A stretch of DNA of 60,306 nt, filler included, from Sluysia triapertura (GCA_046118255.1; 5 parts of 5 records of this genome joined end to end with filler, not necessarily neighbours in it); one strand, 5' to 3'. Shown: positions 38,660 through 52,900, numbered from the whole stretch's first letter. Notes: generated from the sequence alone by a model not told the origin. A program made the numbers and translations.

Positions 38660-39880
38660 TATAAAAATTTGTTAAAATTTAAATATATTTTATTAAAAAC
38701 TTGAAAATAACAATTAAAATTGTAAGAACAAAAAAAGAAATAGTTTAAGACAAAATGTATTGGACGCACAACAATTACAAAACTGCAAAGACACTCAAAA
38801 ATCACAAAAAAATAAAAATACTTCATGAAGTTCAAATTTTGTAATGTCATGGACACGATCTGGATTAGTTTCTGGAACAGGGACAAGTTTCTGTAGTATA
38901 TATTTTCGAAACTGGAACTCAATATGTGAATGAGAGACTTGAGACATTGACATAACAATTTTTAGTAGTGTTTAAACCATTGCAATCCAGCTGTAAACTT
39001 AGAAACACATCATATAATTAGAAAATGGATCATCTGCACTTAAATTGGCACATTTTGAATCAGAATCAACAATTCTGTGTCCAATTCAATTTGACTTTTG
39101 AATAAAAACATCATGACATCTCTATCATCGACTAAGAACTTATCTCGACCCACCTCAAGGTCCATAAATACAATACATTCAATCGTTTTACTTTTATGTA
39201 AACGTGATAAATGCACAGTAAAACAATGTTGTGACAATATTCTAATTAGGGTCATAAATTGATCATAATAAGGCATAAATGAAAAGCTAATAGTAACAGC
39301 ATAAGCTCTATTATAGTTACATTTTGCTCGATTACTAATTTACAGCCACAATTAATCAATTCACTAAATTTTAATTCAAGAACTTGGTAATGCTTTTTTG
39401 CTATTGTCGGTAAATAAATCAGATTTTGAAATGACTTCTAAGAAATTCACAAAAGCAGCATCGTCATAAGCTTGCATTCGGGTATTTTCATCATCCAAAC
39501 TTTACGTGACGCGTGATAAACCTTCACAACATGATGAAATAGCCATTGATTCAGCATGACGTTCATTGACCGTTTACATTTCTCAGCGTATTAGATATTT
39601 TAGTAGTAATAACTTGTAACGCTCATTTACCACGCATCGAACCATATAATATATCTGACGCTACCTCTGCCATAACACTAAGTTCAGATTCGTGTTTATA
39701 AACTTCGGCATCCTGCATTGCCTATAAAAGATCGTCATCTAGTAAAATTTAAATTTTTAATAATTTTTTACTTTCATAACTAACAACACAAATGCTCAGT
39801 ACAATTTCAAGACATTTTGACATTTTCCAAAAAGTGTGAAATTAAAACAAACAAATTTATCGTCATCAAAAACATAGAGA
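38660..39880 (-). pseudogene. Orphan-cassette family copy F
   Basis: IVFMDLEVGR vs FIFSELDAAW; LSLQLDCNGL vs LHLRMECNTL; FENIYY vs YETIYY, in the same order as in copy C. Confidence 0.65.
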
Positions 39881-40224
39881 AATAAAACTATACATTTCTA
39901 ACTATACATGTTTACGCAATATATTAGAATTTTAGGGGTGCTGCTAAGGAGACGAAGAAAGGGATATTAGCAAGAAAGGCTAATAATTAATTACGATTAT
40001 GATTATAATTAATTAAAGGCTATAATAAATTTATAAATAATGAAACCTTCGTATATTAATGGTTTAGTAGTAAGAATTTTGTCAGTTGGGAGAGATATGA
40101 TGATGTTATGAGATAAATGAAATGTTCATGAATGCGTTTGAAGTGAATTTTATTTGTGCTTATGTCTATGTTTATTGATGAAAAGGTTTAAACAACAAAA
40201 TGATGTGCACAATTATGACACTAC

Positions 40225-40400
40225 AGGCAACCAATGTAATTCTTTAAGATAAGGTGTTATATGAGATCTTCTTCCAACTTGGAGAATTAGTCTTGTTGCT
40301 TGATTAATTATTAATTTTTTTTCACTTTTCTATCTGAAATTGAGTACGACAAACTATTGTTAAAATCTATGTTGCTAGTTATCAATGAGTGAACAATAAA
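40225..40400 (-). mobile_element. Internal fragment of the L2/CR1-type LINE
   Basis: Close nucleotide match to 1738-1915. Confidence 0.85.
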
Positions 40401-41621
40401 AACAAGATTTAGAATAATCTGTTAAAATAAAAATAAAATTGAATAGAGATAATAAATATTCGATCAAAATCATTTTAAATTAAGATTAGATAGCACAGAA
40501 ATAAGTAATATGTAATTTAAAAATGTTGTGATTAAATAAAAATAATAAGAAATTAAAAACTTTATAAAAGAAATAATAATAAAAATGAACCAATGATTTA
40601 TTATTTGTACACTATATCATGAAACAAAATAATATTATAAAGTAAACTGTATTATGAAAATTATTAAAATTATGAACACATGAAAATATGAATTTGGTAA
40701 ATAAAATTACGAAAATTTATGCAAACAAAACTGTACATGAAAATTATATACATTATCTGAATTATATGCTAAGTTAAAATCAAAATATTAAGCATTACAA
40801 AAATTAATAAAATACAATAAACTTATATCTCTATTTGAAATAAAACTATCAAAATGATTTTAAAAAACTACAAGATAAAATTTGCTAGTCAACGTGACTC
40901 AAAAATTTACGGTGACTATTTTCTTTGCACCAAGTTCCTGAATAATACAACTATTATTAATTAATTCATCATAATCAATGATGTCTTCGTAAATATCGAT
41001 TGCATCTAACGTTAATTTGCACGTAACATGTGGATACAGTCTAATAAACAGAAATCTTATTCAATTGTTAGTGTTCGCTTTTCTTTGCTGAACAATTATG
41101 AATGTCATTACAAAAGACTGGGCCTACGTTAAACGATTTATCTTAAAGAAGGACGTCTACGTAGGATTTTGCTAAAGAAAAATTAACGCAGAGGGTCACT
41201 ATGTCGAATGTAATCAAATCCTTACACGTAATATTTTAGTTTCAAAATTTATGCAGTCAAGTTATTACACGTACAGTGCTAAAGACTTTAATTTTAATTT
41301 CTATACAACATTTAACTTTATTTTATGTTACTTAAAACAGAAAACTTTCAAAACATAAGGTTTATTAAAAACTAATAATATATATGTATATATGAGACAA
41401 AAAACAAATATATAATAAAAACATAAAATGTTAAATTTTAATTTAAATTAATTTGACCCAGAGTTAATCTTTGGGTTTTAAAAATTTAAATGATTTTAAG
41501 TAGAATGTTAAGACAGCTCTTATCAGTGTCTTAAACTTAACAAAATAAGCTTACTTAAGGTACTACAGAAAAAATTAATATATATGTCCAATCGAAATCG
41601 AATGACAGTCTTCTGGATTAA

Positions 41622-41725
41622 TCTTTTTCACGAACAAAAGACCAAAGTTTTTTAAATTTTCCACGAACGAAAACCAAATCTTAAATTGTCCACGAACGAA
41701 AAAACAAATCTTTATAATTTTCCAA
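41622..41725. repeat. Three ~30-bp tandem units (CACGAAC.AAA..CAAA); a 51-bp tandem duplication follows at ~41797-41900
   Basis: Seen directly. Confidence 0.8.
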
Positions 41726-42623
41726 ATAAGCTAAAAAAATGTATTTCAAATAATTATATAGTACCTTTTATATGTTTATTAATGCAGTCAATAAATTTCC
41801 GTTAATAAAGTCCAAATATAAATTTTTGGTAAATAAATATAAAGTTTATTCCGTTAATAAAGTCTAAATATAAATTTTTGGTAAACAAATATAAAGTTTT
41901 ACTAATTTTTTGACGACAAATTCATAAATATTTATAAAATGTTTGTTTCCGTTTTTTCATAAATTATCAAGGTTCAAATATAATTAAAACTTAAAACATT
42001 TAATTAAATTATATTATTAATTATTAACCATAATTATTTACAATAATTAATATCATTAAAATTAATTTTACAAAAATTTATATACCGTTTATCTTGATTA
42101 TTTACATTAGTATTGATCTGAATAATATAAATTATTAAAATATAAAATCAATTATAAAGTAACAAGTTAAAGTCAATTAAAAATAATTAACTTTTGTCAT
42201 TAATATGATATTTGAACTTGATTTTATTATTAGTTATCTCATATTGTATTACCGAGATTAATTGTTATTTGAATACGTTTTTGTTTAATTTTAATTTTAA
42301 CTAGAGATTGGAATTAGAGCACACTTAAGTTATGTAGCAGAATATAAGGAACTAAAATAAAGTTAGTAATCAAAGGTATACAAGCATCGTAAAATAAAGT
42401 TGAAACTATATAAGTTAAAAACTACAAAGTGGTTATAAAATTAAGCAAGGTATATAAGAATCGAATAAAGTTTTTTAAGTAAGACATAAATTTTCGAGAG
42501 TAAAGTGGTACATAAAATGAAATTAAATCTTAGATAATTAGAATTTGTAAAACTTCAAAGGATAAAGTGTTTGCACTTTAATCTCGAACAACTGAAACGA
42601 GTATATAACTTGTGACATTAAAC

Positions 42624-43368
42624 CAGTGTTCGATAATCTACCTCCGGCGAAGGGATTTTTACAAGCTTATGAAGATATTTACCTGGCCAGTGACCGAACG
42701 ATAATATATTTGATAAACAAAAAATTGTTTTAATATTCATTAAAATTCAATACTTAAATTAACCCATGAATTCAAAGATGAAGAAAGTAGATGGCGAGTG
42801 CATAATTTTTCAAGATATTTGGACGTTTGATTATTTTTTTGTCGAGCAAAATGGAAAGCCAACATGTCTTATTTGTCTTGAAAAGGTTGCTGCGAATAAA
42901 GTGGCCAAATATCAGGCGCCGTTACATGACCAACCATTTTGAAAATTTTTAAAAAAATTAAGGATAGATGAAGGAAAATAAGTGAATGTGAAGCGAATAC
43001 CCGTGCAAGCTGTGAAGTGTCAAGACGTATCGATGAAAAGATGAAACCGTTTACGGATGTGAATTTGTTAATAATAGTGGTGGATATTGTTTGCCCAGAA
43101 AAAAGTCACTATTGTCTACCTGGTAGGACTGTTACAAGACGCATTGAATAGATGTAATCAGATGTTGAAAATTGTTTAATGAACACTTTCAGCGAATTGC
43201 TATATTTTTTAATTGCAGTTGATGAGAGTAAAGACTTAAATGACACAGGTCAGTTTTCGTGCGAGGAATGACTTCGAGTTTACATGTTTTTTAAGAATTT
43301 ATTCAGTTAATTCATTTGAAGGTTACAGTTACTGAAGCAGACATCTTTGATGCTGTTCTAACTACATG
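42624..43368 (+). mobile_element. hAT transposon (GTF2IRD2/EPM2AIP1-like transposase), 5' part, decayed
   Basis: KKVDGECIIFQDIWTFDYFFVEQNGKPTCLIC; IAVDESKDLNDTGQ; VTEADIFDAV; starts with a CAGTGTT-type terminus. Confidence 0.9.
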
Positions 43369-43599
43369 ATCTATCATCTCAAGAACCCATACAATTTCAA
43401 TCTGGTGCTCAATTTTCAAATTTGACACTCTTTGAATCCGTTCTGTATTGTTGATTACGCTGCTCTTCAGAAACTCACACTTGTATAAATCTTTAGCTAG
43501 CATTTCAAATTTTCTTGCAACCATTGGTGGAATTACATACCGAAGCTTCAGTGCAATCACATTTGGTTTCCATAAACAGTATGACATCTCTCGCAATTC

Positions 43600-44240
43600 T
43601 TTCACGGATTCAATGCTTATCATTTTCTGCAGTCTCTTAATCAAATCAATATCGCAAGTTTTTAAACCAAATGACCACAATGTTAAAGTAAATGTTTCTA
43701 CGTGATAACCTTTATACTATCCATAAAAGTTTAGACTCCCAATTGTAGGTCAATTTTTCAACACTGACTGGTACAGTTATAAATTGTTATCTGCTAAAAC
43801 TTTCATTTATAATTTTGAGCATTAAATAAACATCACTCCAAGTATGTCTACAATGGCCATTGTTAACATTCCATCCCATTGATAAATTAGCCTTCTTGTT
43901 AGAATAAAGTTTTAAAAATACTGATTTATCTACTTTAACATTTTGGCAATAACTGGACTTAATTATATCAGCATTTAAAATCAATAAATCACTATTCAAG
44001 TGTTGAAATCATTTAAAACTGATTCAATTACATCATTTGATTTGAAGTCTAATTTAATAACTTTACGAGTTAAATCACTTTCAGTATAAGACAGATGACA
44101 ATGATAAACTAAATTTGTAAACACATTAAACATTCAATCCGTTTCAATTGCATCAGTATCACTTCTTAATGCTTTAATCAAACCTTCATTTGTATTTAGT
44201 GCATGACACCATTTAGATAAAGCCAGAGAAACATAATTAA
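43600..44240 (-). pseudogene. FAM151 (DUF2181/menorin-like) pseudogene fragment
   Basis: Ordered motifs WCHALN..LIKALRS..AIETD*, SDLT, IKLDFKS, LNADI, LSMGW, TVPV match FAM151 WxHAxN, KLDFKS, LNADI, LSxGW, TFPV; stops, frameshifts and a deletion. Confidence 0.8.
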
Positions 44241-44549
44241 TCTATATAAATTAATTCTAAATTAATCTAAAATGTTAGAAATTTTAAAATGTTTCAAATA
44301 TCTTTTCGCTGTCAATGAACATAAGTTTATAGCCTCATGTATTAAGTAAATTATCAAAGCAAATATCAGAGTAAATATTGCTAAATAATTTTTGTGAATG
44401 GATATAAAATATATATAACTATATATTATATTGTTAAAATTCTTCGCAAAAAAACGAAAATTAAAACAAAAAGCTTTTTTTAACAAAAACATAAATAGGT
44501 CTTTTCTTTATTTTCTTTATAATTTTCTATTAATTATCAAAAATTTTTC

Positions 44550-44729
44550 TTATGACGCCAACAAATTTAAGTTATCTCGTAACAACTGTAAAATCTAAGT
44601 ACTGTCTTTGTAAGTATTTTCCGGTAATGAGTCTAGTTCAGTTATAGCTTCATCAAGTGCTTTTTTGGCCAATTCACATGCCACAGTAGAATCTTCCATT
44701 ACTTCATAATAAAATACTGAAAAGTTTAA
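44550..44729 (-). pseudogene. 14-3-3 C-terminal pseudogene fragment
   Basis: [58 protein letters not shown] matches the 14-3-3 signature, with an in-frame TAG. Confidence 0.93.
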
Positions 44730-45029
44730 AGACTTAACAAGACTGTCATGAAATTCAACAAAATTACCTATCTATAAAATATAAAAAATTGTATCACAAA
44801 TAAAATACACTAAAAGAATGGTGCTGAAGTGATGATGAAATGACCACAAACGTTACTTAAATGTTAATAAACAGAATATTAATAAAATGTTAGAGGTTTT
44901 GTTATGCGTCTATGTTTTGTTAATGATGAAAGGTGTAATGGTGTAAGGATAACGGATGAACTTTATTTTAGTGTGGTTTTTGTGATGAAGTTTATATGGT
45001 TTCTGATTAGAGTAAGTATAATGCATGTA

Positions 45030-45570
45030 ATCTAAGGGGTTGTACCACCACACACCGGCAATGGCGGGAAATAAAAAAGGCTTTGTTGCACTATTACAGG
45101 AACACAAGGAAAATCTTGGAATTCCACAGAAGATGGTTAACATTCATTGTATTATTATTCAAGAACGTAATGTACACTATTATGAAAGTTGTTAATCTGA
45201 TCTTATCTCGTGGATTAAATCATTGCCAATTTAGGCAATTTTTGGTGGATGCAGAGGCTGAATATGAAGACCTATTTTTCTAATGTTCGCTGACTAAGCA
45301 GAGGTTCAGTAATTGTAATTACCCTTCAAAGTCAATTCAGTGGATGCATCACATTTTCACGATCCTCATTGGCTTGCATCTTTGGCATTTCTTATGGGCA
45401 TTACGAGTCATTTAAATAACTTGAATTTACACATGCAAGGTAAAGCTCACCTTATAAATGAAATGTGGGAATACCAACATGAAAATTATGCAAATTTTCC
45501 ATCCCTTCAAGAATACAAAAAACAAAATTCAGAAATAATTTGTGAATATAATCAAAGATATGAAAATTGA
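45030..45570 (+). mobile_element. hAT transposase, continuation of 42624-43368
   Basis: PAMAGNKKGFVALL; IHCIIIQE; VVNLILSRGLNHCQF; WLASLAFLMGITSHLNNLNLHMQGK. Confidence 0.9.
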
Positions 45571-45574
45571 GTTT

Positions 45575-47397
45575 ATGGTATAAGGTTTCAAACACCATTT
45601 TATAGTGTAAATTTTATAGTACTGATTTATGAACGAATATATTATATGACTTGATTTATTAATTGATTTTATAATAGAAGGTTTATATTTAATCCTTACA
45701 CAAAGAATGTTAAGATATATGATTATAAGTGTGATGAAAGGTAAAGTTGAGGGCGCATTATCACATTCAATAGAACATTAGAAGCTGAATGGAAAATTGA
45801 AAGTATAATAGATGAATTGGATTTATAATAGTGTCCAGCATGTTATTCTCTTTACTCAATGCGTTTCTTAAGATTATCTCAAATTCTTTAATAAAGTGAC
45901 GGTAATTAGTATTGTCACTAATATAATGATTTGTAATTATCAATTCTTTTAATTCTATAATCATAATACACTTGCATCTTATAATTTCGTATTTGGTTTG
46001 ACATAGGAGTTATTTATAGATAATATATTTATATAAGATTTAAATGAACAAAGAATTTTAAAATACATTAAGCTTATATTTAAAAGATTTTTATTAAAAA
46101 CATGAACATTGTAAAAGTCTTCTGATCTGACCGCCCAGCGTTCCATCTTCCAATCTAAAATTGATTTAACTAAAAAATAATGATATAAATAATTAAATTC
46201 ATAACTAACAGAACAACTAAATAATTCTACACTGGAATAAATACTAATGTTAGTCGAAAGGTCGTGAAACAAACTGATCCTATTTATGTTTAATTCCTTG
46301 TTGCCATTATTAGTGTTTGATAAATCTCTATTCTTAGATAAATAAATTTGATATATGTCATCCAAATTAACTTTATGATTATCAGAATTGCATCTATTTT
46401 GATTCAGCATAGTTAGTAATTTTTCTTTGTTTCTGGTTTTGTCTAATTTATTTAAACTTAGTATCATATAGGGATTTCGAGTAATATGAAATGGTTCATC
46501 TCCATCAAGTACCAATAAGTTATATAACGTTCCTTGAATGACAATTATTTTTGAAATTAGCATTTTACTTTGTCAAATAAACTTTACAATCTAATTTTCT
46601 TGATTTGTCTATCAGAATAGAATCTAATTTATCAACATCATTTGTATAAAAATCGTCAGTGTTATTATCTTCGAAGCTTCGAATTGGAGTTCTTGCATTA
46701 TCGCTTAACAAAATGTGTTCGCCTAAATTACATACAATGATATACTTTTTATTATCTCGATTATCCTTTAAGTACTCACTACTAAAAACCATTAAACTAA
46801 ATTTATCAATTGCATTCTCTGAACATTTATAACTACTGTAATTTAACTGATGATAAATTTTACTACCGGACGATTTATTAATTTCACGATTTACTTTATA
46901 AATAGAATGAATAATGTTTTCAAGCATGTTCGATTGATTCGTTAAATTGGAGTGTTCAATTAATTCGTAATTTACATATTCGTCTGTCTTTTCCGTCTCG
47001 TCTAAAAAATTATCTAATATCATTATTCATCTGGATGTGATCATAGTGACTTGTAAACGGTTGAATGATAATGGTCTGGATGCTTTCTCTGGAATTTGTC
47101 TCATTTTGCTGTCTGGAATTGTATATATTGAAATTTTGATTGTCTGCCGAATTTATTTACGTCTAATTTAGTTGTGAGTGATAGAAATTAAATTGTGATT
47201 TTTAGGTAGAAAAATGATTTTCAGACTGCCCAATCAGAGCATTCCATGAATATTAAGAGTTATATACGCTCTGATTGGGTGATAACACAAACTAATTTAT
47301 AAAGTAGATGTGCGACTAATTACCGTCATCGACAATGTCATTTAATTGATAGTTTGAAAGAGTATAATAAGTATCGATGACGGTAGTAACTATTAAC
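45575..47397 (-). pseudogene. Orphan-cassette family copy D (ORFs 46565-47023, 45979-46563, 45767-45964) with 5' module
   Basis: WAVR-x11-KNLL has the same spacing as WMVK-x11-KNIL in copy C; shared TGCGCCCTCAA near the ORF end; inverted repeats at 47229-47279 and 47321-47385. Confidence 0.8.
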
Positions 47398-48379
47398 TTT
47401 TAAAATTAAAAATTAATATATAATTAATAGTAATAATAATAACGACAATAATGATGATAACAATAATAATAACAACGGCAATAACGTTGTTATTATTATT
47501 GATATTAAAAAGAAAATTACATAAAATCTTTGCCGATCTTTTCTTTATCTTATCAATTCTCACATATAAAATGAAATAAAAAGAAAAGAAGCGAATGTTA
47601 TGCTGCGAAGGAACAATCGTAACTAAGTGTATAATGTATCGTTTGTGGTTGTTGCTTCGCAGTATGATAATGAAATCTTTGAAGTTTTGTTAGCTTTGTT
47701 TTTTTACAGATGTAATGATTTAGGTTGTAAGTGAAATGGAGTATGTTAAAATAATTTATTGAAACTTATTAAAGGTTTATAATTTGAAAACAAGANNNNN
47801 NNNNNNNNNNNNNNNNNNNNNNNNNNNNNNNNNNNNNNNTTAATTAATTAANNNNNNNNNNNNNNNNNNNNNNNNNNNNNNNNNNNNNNNNNNNNTGCAT
47901 TTTTAAATCTTGAATAAATCTTAACCCGTATTAAAAGTTTTTACATATGTTTTATTCATTTTCATTTATTATTCTTTTATAGGTTTTTAACTTCGAGTTA
48001 AACTTTTAGAAATTCAAATTAAATTTTATTAAATATAAATTTAATATAATTATTAAGCTCCAAGAATGTTTTTTGATGGTAATTAAATTTTAGCAATGGT
48101 AGCAATCTCAAACAAAGCTTTCAAAAATTTGGTAGAAAAATTATAATTTCAATGGTTATATTGTATTAATTATCATTATTTGAAATTATAATTTAATGTA
48201 AAATATTTAATTCATCGATGAAATAATAATTCAGATCGAAGTCTTGTAAATGCACGTAATTATCGACGAATAGTGCAAGTCACGGATGATGGTAATTTAG
48301 AAAATGGAAATAAGTTATATGTTAGCAGAAATTGTAGAGAAAGTTATTGTAAAACAAGTTTAGACAAAAAGAAATTTTG

Positions 48380-48930
48380 ATAAAATGTTATGAAGGTTGA
48401 TTGTGAGATTGTTTGACAAATCATGGTTGAAAAGGAATATTTTAATTATGGAGAGTAAGTAATTAAAGAAAATTCAAAATAAAAACATTAATACCACGGC
48501 AACATCTGTATTTAGTGCAATAAAGCTTTAAAGATAACATTTAAGACCTCTACAATTAATCTGGATTACTTGAACTTTATACATCAACAATTGAATATCA
48601 CAAGAATTGTCGAATTAAATTTTCAAAAAATTCTCTACCAAACAGGGGAGAAAATAATTTTCATTGATGAATCTGATTTTAATTACTATTTTCGGAGAAA
48701 TGAATACTCCACTTAATAGTTATAACAGTAAGAGAAAGAAATGTTTCATTAATTACAGCCATGAATTTACATAGTATTATACATTTTCAAGTAATTTCTA
48801 ACTCAACAATAAATTCGAATCTTTTTATAGCATTTCTTGATATATCATTTCAAACTAGTTGAAAGTACTGTTTGTTTCTGGATAATGCCAAAATTCACAA
48901 CTAAAATAAAACAAGTCTTAGGCTCACTTT
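48380..48930 (+). mobile_element. Decayed IS630/Tc1-like transposase
   Basis: KIIFIDESDFN and FLDNAKIH catalytic-type motifs. Confidence 0.75.
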
Positions 48931-49245
48931 TCTTTCACCAGATGGAAAAGGTTTAGTCTAAAGTAAAATATGAATGCGGAGCCAGAAAATAATCTAAATT
49001 TGGTTAATATTGAACAATCAATGACCACTGTACTTCATGTTGATAGATTCATGAAATTACCGTTAAAAATTCTTCATCGGCTGTTTGATGGCAACACAAA
49101 AAACGTACTACTACGTCAGCGGCTAGTGAATTTCTAATAAAAAATGACGTATTACTACGTCAACGTCAATGTACGTTAAATTAAATGTTGTGTACATTGC
49201 TTCCTCTTATTGTTACAATTATTTTTTCATTATTATTCTTTGTAT

Positions 49246-49277
<32 letters not shown>

Positions 49278-50569
49278 AGGTAACTTGAATTTTAAAAAAA
49301 TTTAATTGGATTAAAAATATTGTGGATCCCGGTATGACGTGATGATAAAATTGCGACAAACCTCGTATAACGTGAAAATTTACCCCACACAACACATTGA
49401 AACTTTTAATTTTATAAAATGAACCACCTAAATCTGGATGTGAAAGGGGAGAAATAAATTCGACAAAGAATTAAAGAAAGATTCGTTGAAGGAATAAAAA
49501 TACAAATCAATATTGAAAAATACTCGGAAATTAGAAAAACAAATTAACAAAATTCGAAACAAGTAATATTCACAGAAACAGATCACATTCAAGATAAAAA
49601 AAGATAAATTAAGAAATAAATTCCCTAAAACCAATAATAAATGTTTGATCTACTTATAATTTGCATAAAATACATGCTACATTACAAGGCCATGTAAAAT
49701 TTAATTACGATATTTTTTTACAAACTTTATCATGGTTATTCCACACTTCGACTCGCTATAAAAGCCTAGCACATGTAGCTATATAAGTAGACATTATTAC
49801 AATGAAAATCAGTCTATAACACATTTTAAAAACTTTCTGCAATAATAGACGGTTGGGAATATTTAAAAACTAAATAAAAGCTGTAAGCTATTTCAAGTTC
49901 TCGCATCATACGTCGACGAAATGCATTAATGGTTTTAAGCTGAACATCGACAATAACTGCGAAACAAATCATTAATCTCAAATCATTAGTCGTTTTGTCT
50001 TGTATCATCATCTTTCTTAATCAAATCAATTATTAAACTCATTTTACATCATAAACTAGTTAAATCAATCAAACACGTCGGCAATATCGATTAAAGGTAC
50101 TCTCAATGCTTAAATCTAAAATATCAAAAAAAATTTGCATTATTTAATATTATTAAGAAACGTCTTTTGTATAATAATAAATATTTAAATTACAAATCTT
50201 AAAATGACAAAAATATTAGCTACACGAATGATAGTAATTAAATGAAAGTAATATCTTAAAGATAAATTTGAAATTTTTAGAAGATTTGTGAATTGTTGTG
50301 TGATTATTGTTATTAAAGTTTTATAAATATTGACGAATATTTAAGGTTTACAAGAAATTAAGATTAAAGTGTTCTAATTTTTGAAGAAATAAAGATAATA
50401 TTGATTCTAAGAGTTACGGAAATAATCCCGAATATAAAAGAAATATATATCCGATATGTTATGGAAGTAAACATGAACATGGAAGAAATTCGTATAATTT
50501 TAATACAAGGAGAAATAATAATTACAATTTTAGAAATGAATACCTTAAAGCAAAGATGCTCAAACTAGA

Positions 50570-51022
50570 GGCCGAGCCCCGGATAGGGGCGCGAAAAATT
50601 GTAAAATTGTTTTTCTTTGAATATTTTTTGTTGTTTTTACCAATTCAAGTAATTCCATCATCTTGAATCATCAAGAATAAAATTTCAAAGCAAATATACT
50701 TACAAATATTCATAAAGTAATTATATATAATATATATGCAGAAGTGAAATATTAACAGAAATAATATTGCATTTTTGATGTAAAGAATTAAAATTTAATT
50801 TTGTTAATTTTTCTTTATTTTTGCCAAAGAATTAGAACTGTTGTTGTTCATAATATTTAATTTATTTAATTTATAAGAAACAGAAAAATACATTTTGTTA
50901 TTAAAAAGATGTTCATTTTATTTGTGAAGTTTTTATAATGGCATTGATTTTTTATTAAGTTGGGGGCGCCAAAAATAAATGTTGAAATGGGAACACAACT
51001 TAAAAAGTTTGTGCATGCCTGC
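50570..51022. mobile_element. Probable hAT-type MITE remnant
   Basis: GGGGCGC subterminal motifs and an AAAAAGTTTGTGCATGCCTG terminus. Confidence 0.4.
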
Positions 51023-51849
51023 CTTAAAGAAGGTGGAAGACCAACTGGTTACAATTAAATCAATAGCTACATAAAGAACTTCAAAGGAACCATAAGAAAA
51101 AAAGCTAACACGTTATTTAATTCATTAAGATAATTTATTAATGTCGATTTTGATATTAGCTAAACGGATAGTTTACGAGAAATGAAACTGAAAAGAATTT
51201 ACCTTATTTTATTATTTAATTATTGTACCTTAACAGTTTGTATTCAATAAGTACAAATATTTCAATAAATGTCAACTTGATTCAATATGAATACAAAAAT
51301 CGACCTTATTAAATATAGATATTTAAATTTAATGGTTTACAATACGAGTAGAAACTCCTTTATAGTAATCGAAACTGTATTTATTAACAAAAAAATTGCG
51401 CTTGATATAGCGTTTTCAACTAATATTATACTATGGCCAATAATTTTTGAATTCCATTCCATAATAATTTTTTATTATATAGTCAAATTCTTTCTATAGT
51501 TAAGTTTTCCATTATAATGCTAATTTCCATTATAATGCTAATATTGTTAAACGATATTAATATCAATTATCCTTATGATATTTTTAATTTTTCTTATATG
51601 ATTGAAAATTAATTTATCGTTTCATGTTAAAAATGTATCAACTTTACATGTTGTATACATATATAGAGAAAATGGTTTTGATTTCCAATTAGATTAACCT
51701 TTAGTATACGAATTTATAAAAACTACTAATTGTGCTATAAACCAATTTTTTAAACTTCTCACTGTCTACTTAAACCATTTTTATTAACAATCCTACTGTC
51801 TATGGGACACAAAAAAATCATAAAATATTTTATAAATTTGAGTATTCTG

Positions 51850-52500
51850 ACCACTAACATTCGTACATTAAAGGTTAAGCTACCATTAATATTTTTCTTG
51901 AAACAATATTTATATTTGTTATTGCACTTTATATATATCGATTATTTGGCGTCGAAATAACGTTTTTATTTAATTGTAATTTATTTATTTTTGAAAATAG
52001 TAATAACTTGAACTTTAAAATCATTTTTGTTGTACAGGTACTGACAGCTCTTAACGACTAACCCATTAACATATTGCATTGTAAACTAAATACTAAATTA
52101 TCATTTTTAAAACGTGTAGTAGCTGCTTATAAGCACATAGATTGTAAATTTACATCTAATATTACTAATATTGTTGAAGTTAAAATGTATTACGTATTAA
52201 ATCTTTGAATACTTGAAGCATAAGGTAATTTATTATAGGTTGACGAACTTCAAAATTGGAGTATAACTCATAATCATTGTGCAGAAATTTCTAAAAGACA
52301 TGACAATTTTACCGTCTCAACCGTAATCAAAACGATAAAAGATTACAACTATGTTCTTTTTAAATATGTTCATTTTTACATCAATATTAAAAATGAAATT
52401 TAAACTCAAACAGGTAAAACATCTCTGTCAAATTATTTGACACAATATTCGGTTTAGGGAATTTAAAAACATATGTAGAGCAGCAGTGAAATTACAAATA
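51850..52500 (-). pseudogene. Probable orphan-family fragment
   Basis: FSLQCNML at ~52065-52095 vs IQIQCNIL in copy B. Confidence 0.4.
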
Positions 52501-52563
52501 AATTAATGGATTGTTAAAATAATTATCGGGGGTTTTATGAAGTGAACGGTTAACTCAAAAATT

Positions 52564-52900
52564 TAAGTGCCCTGATAATTATTAATAAAAAAGAAAAACA
52601 AACATTTTTCGCACTGTAACATATTGTTATTAATCGAATTAGTATTGGATTGAATACGATAGTTATTGACATTATTTGGTGTTGTTGCAGCTAACATCTC
52701 AGATTTGATAGAATAACAATCACTGTTATTATAATTGCTTCCTAATGGATCTGTAGATGGATTGATATTATTACAAGATCTTCGTGCTTTTTTGTTGGGT
52801 GGGACTCTGAATGAAGGAAAAATTAATATTGTAACAATTATTTTTCTTTATTTACCCTTTGTGATTTGGAATTTCTTTCGCAACAAAGTAAATAAGCGTT
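52564..52900 (-). CDS. Candidate two-exon piece of a host gene (YFVAKEIPNHKG/VPPNKKARRSCNNIN...), 49-nt intron at 52807-52855
   Basis: GTAAAT...TTCATTCAG intron with matching phase; open frame downstream. Confidence 0.4.
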
